64,000 nucleotides of DNA from Candidatus Hydrogenedentota bacterium (lineage in GTDB: Bacteria; Hydrogenedentota; Hydrogenedentia; Hydrogenedentales; SLHB01), in assembly GCA_963674865.2 (NCBI GenBank), contig CAXXYE010000011.1, forward strand, positions 96,001 through 160,000, read 5' to 3'. Both the position numbers and the translations under genes were made by a program. The notes under the pieces are model-generated. The model was given only the letters and a program-made list of their open reading frames with translations. It made no database searches and had not been told where the DNA came from. Shown here one piece after another: positions 50,797 through 61,218 of the stretch; within the stretch, counting starts at the first letter, position 1, and each line of letters opens with the position of its first letter.

Positions 50797-52245
50797 ATGA
50801 GCAACACACGTATTGGGGTGCTGAGTCTAGCAGTCGCAATTGCCCTGGCATTGACCGTGCAAAGCGCTGCAGCTCAGCCTCTTACCGAGCGAGAGCGCAC
50901 GCTGTTGGAAAAAGTCGACACACTTGAGAAACGCGTGGCGGATCTGGAGCGGAGCCAAGCGGCCGGCCAGGCCGTCAGGTCTGTGAAAGAGGACCAGAGC
51001 CGCGTGCAGCTCGAGAATCGTGTCTCCGAGATTGAGGAGAAAATCGACCAGGATGCCTCCTCGGCAGCCACGGACTTCCGAGTGTTCTGGAAGGAAGGTT
51101 TGCGATTCGAGAGCGGCGACGGCAACTTCAAGCTCCGCGTCGGTGGGCGTATCCAGAATGACTGGGCCTGGTACAATCAAGACGACAGTCTTAAATGGCC
51201 CGTCGGGGATGAACAGGATGGCACGGAGTTCCGGCGCGCCCGAATCTACCTGCAGGGCGACATCTACGAGGACATCTTCTATAAGGCGCAGTACGACTTC
51301 GCCAGTGATAATCCGACATCCTTCAAGGATGTATACGTCGGCCTCAAGAACGTCCCGCATGTTGGCAAGCTGACTCTCGGGCATCGCAAGGAGCCGTTCG
51401 GGCTCGAGCAACTCACCAGCAGCAAGTACATCACCTTCATGGAGCGCTCTTTGGCTGATGCATTCACGCCCGGCCGAAACGTGGGCGCCATGATTAGCAA
51501 CGACGCCTTGGACGAACGCATCACGTGGGCCTTGGGCGTCTGGAAAGATGTCGACGATTGGCCTTCTTCCAATGACTCGGATGAGGATCAGGGCGTTGCC
51601 TTCACGGCCCGTTTAACCGGACTTCCCTGGTATGAGGACGACGGCAGGAAGCTGCTCCATTTGGGCGTGGCTTACAGTCATCGGAATCCTGACGGGGCCA
51701 ACTACCGCTTCCGTGAGCGTCCTGAATCCCACCTGGCCAATCGCTACGTCAACACGGACGGCTTCGTCGGCTTCCGGACACGTGACGGCTCGGTGGACGG
51801 CGTCGACCTCTGGGGATTCGAGTCCGCCCTCGTGTACGGCCCGTTCTCCCTCCAGGGCGAGTACATGCTGGCTGATGTAGACACCGAGTTTGCGGGCAAT
51901 CCTGACTTCGACGGGTACTACCTGCAGGCCAGTTACTTCCTCACGGGCGAGAACCGGCGCTACAAGCAGAGCTCCGCCGCGTTTGACCGTGTGAAGCTCA
52001 ACAACAACTTCTCGCCGGGGAGCGGTAACTGGGGCGCCTGGGAAGTCGCGCTCCGCTACTCATCCATCGACCTGAATGACGGCATCATCCGAGGCGGCGA
52101 GGAGGACAATTGGACTGCCGCCCTGAATTGGTACCTCAATCCAAACACTCGAGTCATGTTGAACTACATCCTCGCCGATGTCGAACATGACCTGTACGAA
52201 GGCGATTTGGACATCCTTCAGTGTCGTTTCCAGGTGGACTTCTAG
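50797..52245 (+). CDS. OprO/OprP phosphate-selective porin
   Basis: GGRIQND, FRRAR, KEPFGLEQLTSS..TFMER, GAWEVALRYS, LNWYLN and terminal F. Confidence 0.9.
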   Translation: MSNTRIGVLSLAVAIALALTVQSAAAQPLTERERTLLEKVDTLEKRVADLERSQAAGQAVRSVKEDQSRVQLENRVSEIEEKIDQDASSAATDFRVFWKEGLRFESGDGNFKLRVGGRIQNDWAWYNQDDSLKWPVGDEQDGTEFRRARIYLQGDIYEDIFYKAQYDFASDNPTSFKDVYVGLKNVPHVGKLTLGHRKEPFGLEQLTSSKYITFMERSLADAFTPGRNVGAMISNDALDERITWALGVWKDVDDWPSSNDSDEDQGVAFTARLTGLPWYEDDGRKLLHLGVAYSHRNPDGANYRFRERPESHLANRYVNTDGFVGFRTRDGSVDGVDLWGFESALVYGPFSLQGEYMLADVDTEFAGNPDFDGYYLQASYFLTGENRRYKQSSAAFDRVKLNNNFSPGSGNWGAWEVALRYSSIDLNDGIIRGGEEDNWTAALNWYLNPNTRVMLNYILADVEHDLYEGDLDILQCRFQVDF

Positions 52246-52342
52246 GCGACGCCGCCCTCGGCAAGAAGCTTCACTCGCATTCGGTGTGGAAGAACTGGCC
52301 GCAAGGCAAAAAACAAAAGACAAGGAACGAGGAGGAAAGACC

Positions 52343-52498
52343 ATGGTATCTAACAAGAAGCACACGCTGCCCGCAAAGGCGAACCTACTGGTCCTGGAAA
52401 ATCAGGTGGGGATCTTCGGCAGCATCGTCGATGTTCTCATCAGTATCGTCGCCTTTCTTAGCGATCTGTTCAGTTTCCTGGGCGACGCGAACGACTAG
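52343..52498 (+). CDS. Small 51-aa peptide with amphipathic helix
   Basis: Strong GAGGAGGA RBS; MVSNKKHTLPAKANLLVLENQVGIFGSIVDVLISIVAFLSDLFSFLGDAND. Confidence 0.65.
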   Translation: MVSNKKHTLPAKANLLVLENQVGIFGSIVDVLISIVAFLSDLFSFLGDAND

Positions 52499-52565
52499 CA
52501 GGCATTTGCGTGACGCCCGCGAAGTGTGGACGTTAGCGAATGTCTCACGGGTACGTTGAGGGAAG

Positions 52566-52594
52566 GGGGCGCCTGTCGCGAGGCAGGCGCCCCC
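52566..52594 (+). terminator. GC-rich hairpin, possible terminator
   Basis: GGGGCGCCTG-tcgcgagg-CAGGCGCCCC with only a weak U tail. Confidence 0.45.
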
Positions 52595-52700
52595 GGACTT
52601 TGTGGAGGCTGCGGGGACTTAAGCCACGGCCGCAAGGGAAACCAAGACGAGGCCATGGAATCCCTCCGGCTCGCTGGTTCTAATACGTCGCTTGCGCGGC

Positions 52701-52730
52701 CCTAACACTAATCTAACGTTGACTTGATAC
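52701..52730 (+). promoter_or_regulatory. Pho-box-like triple 11-bp repeat upstream of pstC
   Basis: TAACA (52703), TAACG (52714) and TGATA (52725), exactly 11 bp apart. Confidence 0.55.
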
Positions 52731-52857
52731 GCTCATGCTCCAGTGGCGCTTGTTAGGTATCCAGCCGCTCTTAATCGACTCGTCGCGATGAGATTCCGAG
52801 GCGGCCTGTCCTGCGGCGCGTGCCGTCAAATCACGTTCAGTAAGAGGAGTATGTGCC

Positions 52858-54051
52858 CTGTCCAGACTGGCCACACCTGGCTCGGAGTCTCCGGCGCCTG
52901 AGCTCGAAGGAGAACTTGCCAGCCGCGCGGGCCTCAGCTTGTCCAAATGGGCCAGCACGCGGCGGCGCTTGATGTCCCTTTTCGGACAACTGCTGCTGCT
53001 TCTGATCACCAGCACCTCCGCCGTGGCCGTCCTCTTGATCGTCGTCTTCATCGTGAAGGACGCCGTTGTGTTCTTCAAGATGTGCGGCTTCAAAGAGTTC
53101 CTTACCAGCACGCGATGGTATCCCACCGGCGAGCCGGCCGAATTCGGTACGCTCGCGATTATCGTCGGCAGCGGCCTCGTCACCTTGGGCTCGGCGGCCT
53201 TTGCCGTGCCGTTGGGCGTCGTGGCCGCCATGTGTCTGAGCGACCTATTGCCCTTCTCCGTCCGCCAGATTGTCAAGCCGGTGATCGAGGTCTTGGCGTC
53301 GATTCCCTCCGTAGCCTACGGTTTCTTCGCGCTGGTGATCCTGGCGCCGATGATGCAGGAGCAAGGGGGGCGCTTGCTGGCGATCGCGACATGGGCCGCC
53401 GGAGCGCCCGCCGCGCTCTTGTTTTCCCTGCTCATGGCCGAAGTCTTGCTGCGTCCCTGTTCGGAGAGTCAGCGCCGGCGCTTCCGATGGCCTACGGTGC
53501 TTGTTCTAGGTGTGGCGGCGCTCATCCTGGTCTACTTCGCCGCCGGCGCAGCGGGGCGGCTGCAAATCCCGAGCGGGGCAAATGCGCTCAATGTGTCCAT
53601 TATCCTCGGCGTCATGGTGTTGCCCACGGTGGTAAGCGTGTCCGAAGACGCATTGCAGGCCGTTGGGCGGGAACTGCGAGAGGCCGGCTACGCTTGCGGC
53701 GCCACGCGTGCCGAGATGATGTTCCGCATAGTGCTTCCCGCGGCGAGCAGCGGCATCTGCGCGGCCGTGATCCTGGGCATTATGCGCGCCGTCGGCGAGA
53801 CCATGGTTGTCTGGATGGCTTCGGGCAACGCGGCGCAGATTCCCAAGCCTTGGTTCAACCTCTTGGAGCCCGTGCGCACACTTACGGCGACGATTGCCGG
53901 AGACATGGGAGAGGCGGATCACGTCACAGGTTCGGCCCGTTACCACGTCTTGTTCGCCATGGCCGCGTGCTTGTTGACGGTCTCCTTCATCTGCAACTTG
54001 GCAAGCGAATACGTAATGCGCCGGCAACGCCGCAAGCTTCACGGAGGATGA
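52858..54051 (+). CDS. pstC: Phosphate ABC transporter permease PstC (start uncertain: CTG 52858 or TTG 52939)
   Basis: LASIPSVAYGFF, SVSEDAL, MRAVGETM and VRTLTATIA motifs. Confidence 0.9.
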   Translation: MSRLATPGSESPAPELEGELASRAGLSLSKWASTRRRLMSLFGQLLLLLITSTSAVAVLLIVVFIVKDAVVFFKMCGFKEFLTSTRWYPTGEPAEFGTLAIIVGSGLVTLGSAAFAVPLGVVAAMCLSDLLPFSVRQIVKPVIEVLASIPSVAYGFFALVILAPMMQEQGGRLLAIATWAAGAPAALLFSLLMAEVLLRPCSESQRRRFRWPTVLVLGVAALILVYFAAGAAGRLQIPSGANALNVSIILGVMVLPTVVSVSEDALQAVGRELREAGYACGATRAEMMFRIVLPAASSGICAAVILGIMRAVGETMVVWMASGNAAQIPKPWFNLLEPVRTLTATIAGDMGEADHVTGSARYHVLFAMAACLLTVSFICNLASEYVMRRQRRKLHGG

Positions 54052-54052
54052 G

Positions 54053-55408
54053 ATGATTTCCGGCACGCGCAAAGTCATCGACAAGTACTTCTCCGTGGCG
54101 GGTGTCGCGTCGATCTTGCTCATGGCTGCGGCGCTTGTCGTCCTATTGACGCCAATCATCTACCGCGGTTCGAAGGCGTTCATTTTCCGCGCGACGGTGG
54201 AGCACCGGCGCTTCATGCTTGAGAAATTCGAGCGCGGAAATCGAGACGACGTGGAGGGGGAGGTCGCGGAGGCAAGACAGGCCCGCGAGCCGGTGTACGC
54301 CATGGTGGATGCCTTCCGGAAGGACGTTGCTTCCATGGGCTTCGTGGAGCGGCGTAAATACGCCCCGCTGGTGGACGAGCTCGACGCGGGCCTGACGCGG
54401 TTGCTCGGGCCGTGGCCGGGAACTCAGCGGCCGGTGTTGATACGTGAGCAGTATGGGCCAACCCGTTGGGACAGGGCGCAAGTCGCCTTGCATGAGGTGC
54501 TGTATGTTGAAGGCTATGACTACAGCGATCCGACGCGCATGGGAACGAAAGTCTATACGCCGCGCATTGAGGAGTTCCGAGGCACCTCGCTCGAGCCGTT
54601 GTTTGGCTATCTGGAGGAGCACCTGGACGACATGCTGCACCCCCGACTCACCGCCTACTGGGGATTTCTCTTCGATCCCTCCATGGACGCCCACATGTTT
54701 GGCGGCATCTGGCCCGAGGTGCTCGGCACGGTCTATCTGACGCTCGGGGCCATGCTTTTTGCCGTCCCCTTCGGCGTCATTGCCGCCATCTATCTCGTCG
54801 AGTACGCCGGGGAAGGCCACCTTATCGGCCTGCTGAGAGTATGTGTCAGCACCTTGGCCGGCGTGCCCAGCATCGTCTTCGGTTTGTTCGGCTTGGCCTT
54901 CTTCATCAACACGATGCACGTGTCGCCGTCCAAGAGTGTGCTTGCCGGGTCGCTCACGCTGGCCCTGCTCGTGCTTCCGACGATTATCCGCGCCTCCGAG
55001 GAGGCCGTTCGCGCCGTTCCGCATACCTACCGCGAGGCGGCGCTTGGGCTGGGGGCTTCGAAGTGGCGTGCCACTGTCCGAGTGATTCTCCCCGCCGCGC
55101 TTCCCGGCATCCTCACCGGTATTGTCATCAGTATGGGGCGAGCGGCCGGTGAAACGGCCCCCATCATCTTCACCGCCGCGGTGAGCGTCGGAAAACCGTT
55201 AGCGCTCTGGCAGACGCTGACGGAAGCTACACCGGCGCTGCCCTGGAACATCTATAACCTTTGCACCGAGCACGAAGCCGTCGATGAGATTCGCCATGTC
55301 CAATTCGGCATGGTGCTTGCCCTGGTCGCGCTTGTGCTCCTGCTCAATCTCTCCGCCATTGTGCTCCGGGCCCGACTGATGGGAAAACTGCGAGGATCGG
55401 CTTCATGA
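54053..55408 (+). CDS. pstA: Phosphate ABC transporter permease PstA with large extracytoplasmic insertion
   Basis: [18 protein letters not shown] and RAAGETAP motifs. Confidence 0.95.
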   Translation: MISGTRKVIDKYFSVAGVASILLMAAALVVLLTPIIYRGSKAFIFRATVEHRRFMLEKFERGNRDDVEGEVAEARQAREPVYAMVDAFRKDVASMGFVERRKYAPLVDELDAGLTRLLGPWPGTQRPVLIREQYGPTRWDRAQVALHEVLYVEGYDYSDPTRMGTKVYTPRIEEFRGTSLEPLFGYLEEHLDDMLHPRLTAYWGFLFDPSMDAHMFGGIWPEVLGTVYLTLGAMLFAVPFGVIAAIYLVEYAGEGHLIGLLRVCVSTLAGVPSIVFGLFGLAFFINTMHVSPSKSVLAGSLTLALLVLPTIIRASEEAVRAVPHTYREAALGLGASKWRATVRVILPAALPGILTGIVISMGRAAGETAPIIFTAAVSVGKPLALWQTLTEATPALPWNIYNLCTEHEAVDEIRHVQFGMVLALVALVLLLNLSAIVLRARLMGKLRGSAS

Positions 55409-56244
55409 CAGGCGCCACTCTGATCGACACCCCTGAGATTGAGACGCGGCAGCGCTTCCGAGAGACGCGGGGACGCGAGGAGGAACCGCTTGTGTCACAC
55501 CTCGTAACGGACAGGTTCTCTATCTTCTACGGCCGCCATGAGGCTGTGGTCAAAGTCTCCACGAGCGTTCCCCGCGGGAAGGTTACCGCGATCATCGGGC
55601 CGAGTGGGTGTGGCAAGAGCACGTTCCTGCGCGCCATGAACCGGATGAATGACCTTATCCCGGATTGTCACGCGAAAGGGAACATGGTGATGGACGGTGT
55701 CGATCTCTATGGCCCGAATACCGATATCGTGGCGCTGCGCCAGCGTGTAGGCATGGTCTTTCAGAAGCCCAATCCCTTCCCGAAGTCGGTGTTTGAAAAC
55801 GTAGCTTTCGGTCCCCGCCTGCAAGGCATTCGCAGTCGGGCCGCGTTGTCTGAAATTGTCGAGAAGAGTCTCGAACGCGCCGCGCTCTGGGACGAGGTCA
55901 AGGATAGGCTGCGGCAGAATGCCCTTGGCCTCTCCGGCGGACAGCAACAGCGCCTGTGCATTGCGCGCGCCCTTGCCGTCGATCCGGAAATCCTCCTCAT
56001 GGACGAGCCTACCTCGGCGCTTGATCCCCGCTCGACGGCCCGCGTGGAGAACCTCATCGGCGAACTGCGCGGCAACTACACCATCATCATCGTCACGCAT
56101 AACATGCAGCAGGCCGCAAGAGTGTCCGATCTGACGGCCTTCTTCTACGAAGGCGTGCTGGTCGAGACCGGCGTTACGAAGGACCTTTTCACGAATCCGC
56201 GTGAAAAGCGAACCGAAGACTACATTACAGGCCGCTTTGGATAA
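55405..56244 (+). CDS. pstB: Phosphate ABC transporter ATPase
   Basis: [32 protein letters not shown] and YITGRFG motifs. Confidence 0.97.
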   Translation: MTGATLIDTPEIETRQRFRETRGREEEPLVSHLVTDRFSIFYGRHEAVVKVSTSVPRGKVTAIIGPSGCGKSTFLRAMNRMNDLIPDCHAKGNMVMDGVDLYGPNTDIVALRQRVGMVFQKPNPFPKSVFENVAFGPRLQGIRSRAALSEIVEKSLERAALWDEVKDRLRQNALGLSGGQQQRLCIARALAVDPEILLMDEPTSALDPRSTARVENLIGELRGNYTIIIVTHNMQQAARVSDLTAFFYEGVLVETGVTKDLFTNPREKRTEDYITGRFG

Positions 56245-56259
56245 GGGAGCGGAGATGCC

Positions 56260-56955
56260 ATGGGCAAACACTTGGAACGAGCAGTCGATCACCTGAAAAG
56301 CCGCATCCTCGTCTTGAGCGCTCGCGTCGAAGAGGCGGTTAGGGGCGCGGTTCTATCCGTCGAAGAGCGCGATACCGCACTGGCCCTGCAAGTGGTTGAC
56401 GGTGATTACGCCATCGACAAGATGGAGGTCGAGGTCGAGGAGGAATGCCTCCAATTGCTGGCGCTATATCAGCCCGTGGCGGTGGACCTGCGCTTCATCA
56501 TCACCGTACTGAAGATCAACGGCGTTCTGGAGCGCATCGGCGATCTCGCCGTAAACATCGCCGAGCGCAGCGTCTTCCTCGCCGAGGAGAGGCCGCCGAA
56601 CCTGGTGTTTGATCTCCACGCCATGGGGAAGAAGGCGCAATCCATGTTGAGCCGCAGTCTGGATGCCTTGGTTCGGCTGGATGCCCAGCTCGCCAGAGAT
56701 GTTTGCCGTGCAGATGATGAAGTGGACGCCATGAACCGCGAGATGTACACTCAAGTCAAGGCGGCTATCCGGCGTGACGTGAGCGAGGCGGAGACGCTCA
56801 TTCATTTTCTCGGCGTGGTGCGTGACCTCGAACGCACAGCGGACTTGGCGACAACTATTGCGAACGATGTCATCTACCTGGCCGAGGGCGAGATTGTCCG
56901 CCACCATGCGGAAGACTTCAGAACTGCTTCTGACGGTGAGGACTCCGGTGCCTAG
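56260..56955 (+). CDS. phoU: Phosphate signalling protein PhoU
   Basis: QPVAVDLR, LERIGD, DDEVD and second LER repeat. Confidence 0.95.
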   Translation: MGKHLERAVDHLKSRILVLSARVEEAVRGAVLSVEERDTALALQVVDGDYAIDKMEVEVEEECLQLLALYQPVAVDLRFIITVLKINGVLERIGDLAVNIAERSVFLAEERPPNLVFDLHAMGKKAQSMLSRSLDALVRLDAQLARDVCRADDEVDAMNREMYTQVKAAIRRDVSEAETLIHFLGVVRDLERTADLATTIANDVIYLAEGEIVRHHAEDFRTASDGEDSGA

Positions 56956-56987
56956 TGCTTTCCAGCCGGGCGTGAGGAATCGGAACA

Positions 56988-57674
56988 GTGGCAAACAACC
57001 GCATACTTGTCGTTGAAGACGACGAAGACATCCTTGAGCTGGTTGGGTACAATCTGCGCCAGGAAGGTTTTGAAGTCGAAACCGCCATGGATGGCAAGAA
57101 AGCGCTAGGGAAAATAGCGCATCGGCGCCCGGACCTCATTGTTCTCGACCTGATGCTGCCGGAGTTGGATGGGCTGGAGGTGTGCCGGCGGCTCAAGCGC
57201 GATCCCGACATGCTGGACATCCCCATCCTTATGCTGACGGCCAAGGGAGAGGAGGCGGACATCGTCGCGGGACTGGAATTGGGCGCGGATGATTATGTTA
57301 CCAAGCCCTTCAGTCCCCGTGTCCTCGTCGCCCGCGTCAGGGCCGTGCTGCGCCGTCAAGGGCAAGCGGAGCCGTCCGACAAGGACACCATCACAACACG
57401 GCGTCTCGTGATTCATCCGGGGCGTCATGAGGTACTCGTCGATGGCGAGCTTGCCGACCTTACTTTCACCGAGTTTCGTGTTCTCCATTTGCTTGCCCGC
57501 CGCCCGGGCTGGGTGTTCACGCGATACCAAATCGTGGACGCCGTTCGCGGGCCCGATTACCCGGTGACGGAACGCGCCGTGGACGTGCAGATCGCGGGAC
57601 TTCGGAAGAAGCTGGCCGACGCGGGGGGCTGTGTCAAGACGGTGCGGGGAGTCGGCTACAAGTTTCAGGAGTAG
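56988..57674 (+). CDS. phoB: OmpR-family response regulator PhoB
   Basis: VEDD, LDLMLP, GADDYVTKPF and TVRGVGY motifs; pst context. Confidence 0.9.
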   Translation: MANNRILVVEDDEDILELVGYNLRQEGFEVETAMDGKKALGKIAHRRPDLIVLDLMLPELDGLEVCRRLKRDPDMLDIPILMLTAKGEEADIVAGLELGADDYVTKPFSPRVLVARVRAVLRRQGQAEPSDKDTITTRRLVIHPGRHEVLVDGELADLTFTEFRVLHLLARRPGWVFTRYQIVDAVRGPDYPVTERAVDVQIAGLRKKLADAGGCVKTVRGVGYKFQE

Positions 57675-57681
57675 CAGCGCG

Positions 57682-59451
57682 ATGCCGCGATGGCGTTTGG
57701 TATGGCGGATATTTCCGAGCCATCTGTTCGTTACTTTGGCTGCCCTGGCCGCTTTCACGGCCTATACGGCCCATGTGGCGGGCCAGTTCCATTTGACGCG
57801 CGTCAGCAGAGAGCTGGAAGCTCGCGGCCGGCTAATGTCGGACGCGGCCCGGGAGACGCTCGCAAGAGGCGTCGCCGGGGAAATCGACGCCCTCTGTCGC
57901 GAACTGGGAGAAAAGGCATCCTCGCGAGTTACGGTGGTTCTGCCGTCCGGCGAAGTCGTCGGTGACTCGGAAGAATCGCCCCAGAGTATGGATAATCACG
58001 CGAATCGGCCTGAGATTGTCACGGCCATGTCGGGAGACGTGGGCCGCGCCATCCGGTTTAGTCGTACCCTCCAACGTGACCTTATGTATGTAGCTCTTCC
58101 CGTATACGATGGGACGACGCTTGTTGCCGTGCTGCGTGTCGCCCTTCCCCTTACGACGGTTCAGTCCGCCCTGTGGTCCAATCGTACGGATGTCTTTCTC
58201 GGCGCGACCGTTATCGCGCTTCTCGCGGCAATAGCAAGCTGGCTTGTGGCAAGACAGATTGCCCGGCCTCTGGAAGAACTCAAGCAGGGCGCGGAGCTTT
58301 TCGCTCGAGGCGACTTCAAGTATCACCTGCGCATTCCCGCTTCGGAAGAGATCGCGAGTCTGGCGCAAGCCATGAACCAGATGGCCGACCAGCTCGACCA
58401 GCGCATCAGGACCATCGTCAACCAACGAAACCAGCAGGAGGCCGTTCTCTCGAGTATGATTGAGGGCGTCATCGCCGTGGATGTTAAACGCGCCATCATC
58501 AGCCTCAACCATGGCGCGGCGCGTATGTTGGGCGTTGCCTCACAAGACGTCCAAGGGCAAAGCATTGAAACTGCCGTAAGGAACACCGCCCTTCAGGAAT
58601 TCGTCACACGCGCGTTGGACAGCCACGCGCCTATCGAAGACGAATTTGTCTTACACACGCAGCAGGAGCAGGTTGTTCAAGTTCACGGCACCGTCCTTCG
58701 CGATGCTCACGGGAATGGACTTGGCGCCGTGATCGTGTTGAACGATGTCACCGCGCTGCGCCGGCTCGAGCAGGTTCGGCGGGATTTTGTCGCCAACGTC
58801 TCCCACGAGCTTCGCACGCCCATCACGTCCATCAAAGGCTTCGTCGAGACTCTTCTCGGCGGGGCGTTGGAGAAGCCGGATGATGCGCGGAGGTTCCTGG
58901 AGATTGTCGCGAGGCAAGCCGATCGGCTCAATGCCATTCTCGAAGACCTGCTCATCCTGTCCCGGACGGAGGCCGGTGAGTGGCAAAAGGAGATACGGCT
59001 CGAGCGTCTACCTATCCGCGAGGTCATCGACGCGGCGATCACCCTCTGTCGGCCCAAAGCGTCCGTTAGGGGAATCGAAATGACGGTTACCTGTCCGGAA
59101 GATCTGGAGGCCCGAGTCAACGCGCCGCTTCTCGAACAAGCCGTCGCCAATCTCGTTGATAATGCCGTGAAATACAGTGAGCCCGAGAAAAGCGTGCACG
59201 TTGAGGCCAGTCAGGTGGAAGGGGAAGTCGTCATACGCGTCGAGGACCACGGCGCAGGGATTCCCTCCGAACACCTGCCCCGGCTTTTCGAGCGTTTCTA
59301 TCGCGTGGACAAGGCCCGGAGTCGCGGCCTTGGCGGTACCGGGCTTGGACTTGCCATCGTCAAGCACATCGCCCAAGCCCACGGGGGCCGCGTGGGAGTC
59401 GAGAGCGTTCCGGGCAAGGGCAGCACCTTTTCCGTCTATCTTCAATCCTGA
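57682..59451 (+). CDS. phoR: Sensor histidine kinase PhoR (HAMP + PAS)
   Basis: NHANRPE, DFVANVSHELRTP, NLVDNAVKY and ERFYRVDKARSR..GGTGLGL motifs. Confidence 0.92.
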   Translation: MPRWRLVWRIFPSHLFVTLAALAAFTAYTAHVAGQFHLTRVSRELEARGRLMSDAARETLARGVAGEIDALCRELGEKASSRVTVVLPSGEVVGDSEESPQSMDNHANRPEIVTAMSGDVGRAIRFSRTLQRDLMYVALPVYDGTTLVAVLRVALPLTTVQSALWSNRTDVFLGATVIALLAAIASWLVARQIARPLEELKQGAELFARGDFKYHLRIPASEEIASLAQAMNQMADQLDQRIRTIVNQRNQQEAVLSSMIEGVIAVDVKRAIISLNHGAARMLGVASQDVQGQSIETAVRNTALQEFVTRALDSHAPIEDEFVLHTQQEQVVQVHGTVLRDAHGNGLGAVIVLNDVTALRRLEQVRRDFVANVSHELRTPITSIKGFVETLLGGALEKPDDARRFLEIVARQADRLNAILEDLLILSRTEAGEWQKEIRLERLPIREVIDAAITLCRPKASVRGIEMTVTCPEDLEARVNAPLLEQAVANLVDNAVKYSEPEKSVHVEASQVEGEVVIRVEDHGAGIPSEHLPRLFERFYRVDKARSRGLGGTGLGLAIVKHIAQAHGGRVGVESVPGKGSTFSVYLQS

Positions 59452-59656
59452 GAGCTGTGTCTCTTTCGTGCCCCCTCGCCGGATTCATAAGCCATTATGC
59501 TCTAACGCCTTAGCTCGCCCCTCGCTTTCCCGTGACATTTCAGCCTGGATGTGGTAGAGTTTGCCCCTACTTCCAAGTGCTTTCGTGGGCCTTTTCGTGT
59601 GTTGAGGGGAAGTCATGCGGGGTTCAGACAATCATTATCATCTCACCGAATCGAGC

Positions 59657-59860
59657 ATGGGCATTTTGCAGGATCTGTCCGAGGCCCTGGGGGAGCTTGC
59701 CGACAGAATCGACCACATCGCTGTGGGCATGTTCGACGCCAACGCGGACACCAGAGCGCTGACGCAAATCGGGCAGAGTCTCGAGAGAAATCACAGGGCG
59801 TTGTGCGCGGCCTGGGGCATCAGCGGCTCGCAAGAGCCGCCCGAACGGGGCCTCAACTAG
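59657..59860 (+). CDS. Small helical hypothetical protein
   Basis: Protein-like helical composition (LSEALGELADRIDHIA); weak RBS. Confidence 0.4.
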   Translation: MGILQDLSEALGELADRIDHIAVGMFDANADTRALTQIGQSLERNHRALCAAWGISGSQEPPERGLN

Positions 59861-60167
59861 GACGGGCCCAGTTCCTGCATCCGCTGGAGATCCGGGCTGC
59901 CAAGGCCATTCCCCTCTCCTGCCGTACCTCTCGTCGTATCGATCTGTCATCGCGGCGAACATGCCGCCCTTTCCGCCTTTTCCTTTTCTTTGCTGTTCGG
60001 GTTGTTGAGCGAAGGAATCTCACCGATTTTCCGTTATCCGGCCAAAAGTCTCTCAGTGTGTCCCGCCTCTAGGATGTGTTCAGTGTCTTCGTGCCGACCT
60101 GGGACACGGAGGTCGTTGAAGCACTGAGAACTGTCGCATGGCGCGGGAATGGATGGGAGGTAGGACG

Positions 60168-60593
60168 ATGGCCGAGAAGAAAGAAGCAAACGACAGGAGC
60201 CGGGCACAACGGTTCGCCGTATCGGTGGATCCGATGAGGCTGGCAACGTTGGGCCAGGCGCGCGGCGCGTGGTTCGAGACGGAGGAGGAAATCGAGGCCG
60301 GGCTGGCGTGGGGCCGCGAGAAGGCCCGGCTGCTCCGGTGGGTTCGCAAGCGGATGGCGACACGCCTGACACGGCGGGAACGCCGCTGCATCGAGCTGTG
60401 CTTCTTCCAGGGCCTTAGCCACCGGGAAGCCGCTACTGCCACCAAAACGAATGCGTCATCCGTGCAGCGTGCTATCCGGCGCTCCATTGATAAGCTTCGT
60501 GCGGCCGCTCGCGAGGACGGCCGCCGAAGCGGGAGATTTCGCCTCAGGCGCCGCCGCGCGATCCGCACAAGGACGCCGAAGAGCCGGCCGTAA
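60168..60593 (+). CDS. Stand-alone sigma-70 region 4 HTH protein
   Basis: GGAGG RBS; LTRRERRCIELCFFQGLSHREAA...SV...IRRSIDKLR. Confidence 0.7.
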   Translation: MAEKKEANDRSRAQRFAVSVDPMRLATLGQARGAWFETEEEIEAGLAWGREKARLLRWVRKRMATRLTRRERRCIELCFFQGLSHREAATATKTNASSVQRAIRRSIDKLRAAAREDGRRSGRFRLRRRRAIRTRTPKSRP

Positions 60594-60640
60594 ACAAGGC
60601 GCCTCAGAGATAGCCGGCGGTTACGGATGGGGCCCGCCGT

Positions 60641-60669
60641 TTGACTTCACCGAGTGCGGGACATAGACT
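60641..60669 (+). promoter_or_regulatory. Putative sigma70 promoter of the Zn-ribbon/lemA/htpX operon
   Basis: TTGACT-17 nt-TAGACT. Confidence 0.55.
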
Positions 60670-60717
60670 CGGAGGAGAAGCGAAAGAGCTGGGAAAATCA
60701 ACCGACGGGGAGGCGCT

Positions 60718-61149
60718 TTGGACTGCCCGGTGTGTCACGAGCCGATGGTTGTTCTGGAATACGACCAGGTGGAAATTGATTACTGCGTTTCCTGCCGCGG
60801 CATCTGGCTGGACGCCGGGGAATTGGAGTTGCTCTTCGGGGATGAGCAGACCTGTGCGGCTTACCTTGCCTCGGGAGATCCCAAAGAAGCCGGGCACGAA
60901 GCGCCGCGACGTTGTCCCATCTGCCGCAAGAAGATGGCGAAAGGTATCACGGCCGGCGAGGACCCCGTGACGTATGATCGGTGTGTTCGGGGCGACGGCC
61001 TCTGGTTCGATGACGGTGAGCTGCAGCTTGTACTTCAGCAAGGCGCGGGACTGGATGACGCGGGCAAAGTGGGCGGTTTTCTTCGTGAGGTATTCCCCGG
61101 CGCCGGAGGACAGGGGCCGGGAAGTGCGGTCGAGGAGCCTAAGGATTAA
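60718..61149 (+). CDS. Double zf-TFIIB zinc-ribbon protein
   Basis: CPVC..EIDYC..C.GIWLD.GEL, repeated as CPIC..DRC...GLWFD.GEL; GGGGAGG RBS with TTG start. Confidence 0.85.
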   Translation: MDCPVCHEPMVVLEYDQVEIDYCVSCRGIWLDAGELELLFGDEQTCAAYLASGDPKEAGHEAPRRCPICRKKMAKGITAGEDPVTYDRCVRGDGLWFDDGELQLVLQQGAGLDDAGKVGGFLREVFPGAGGQGPGSAVEEPKD

Positions 61150-61218
61150 TACTCCCTGCCCAATGGTGAAAAGGGCGTGGGGGCATCTTTCCAGGCAAAC
61201 GCGGAGGTGATTAAGGCC

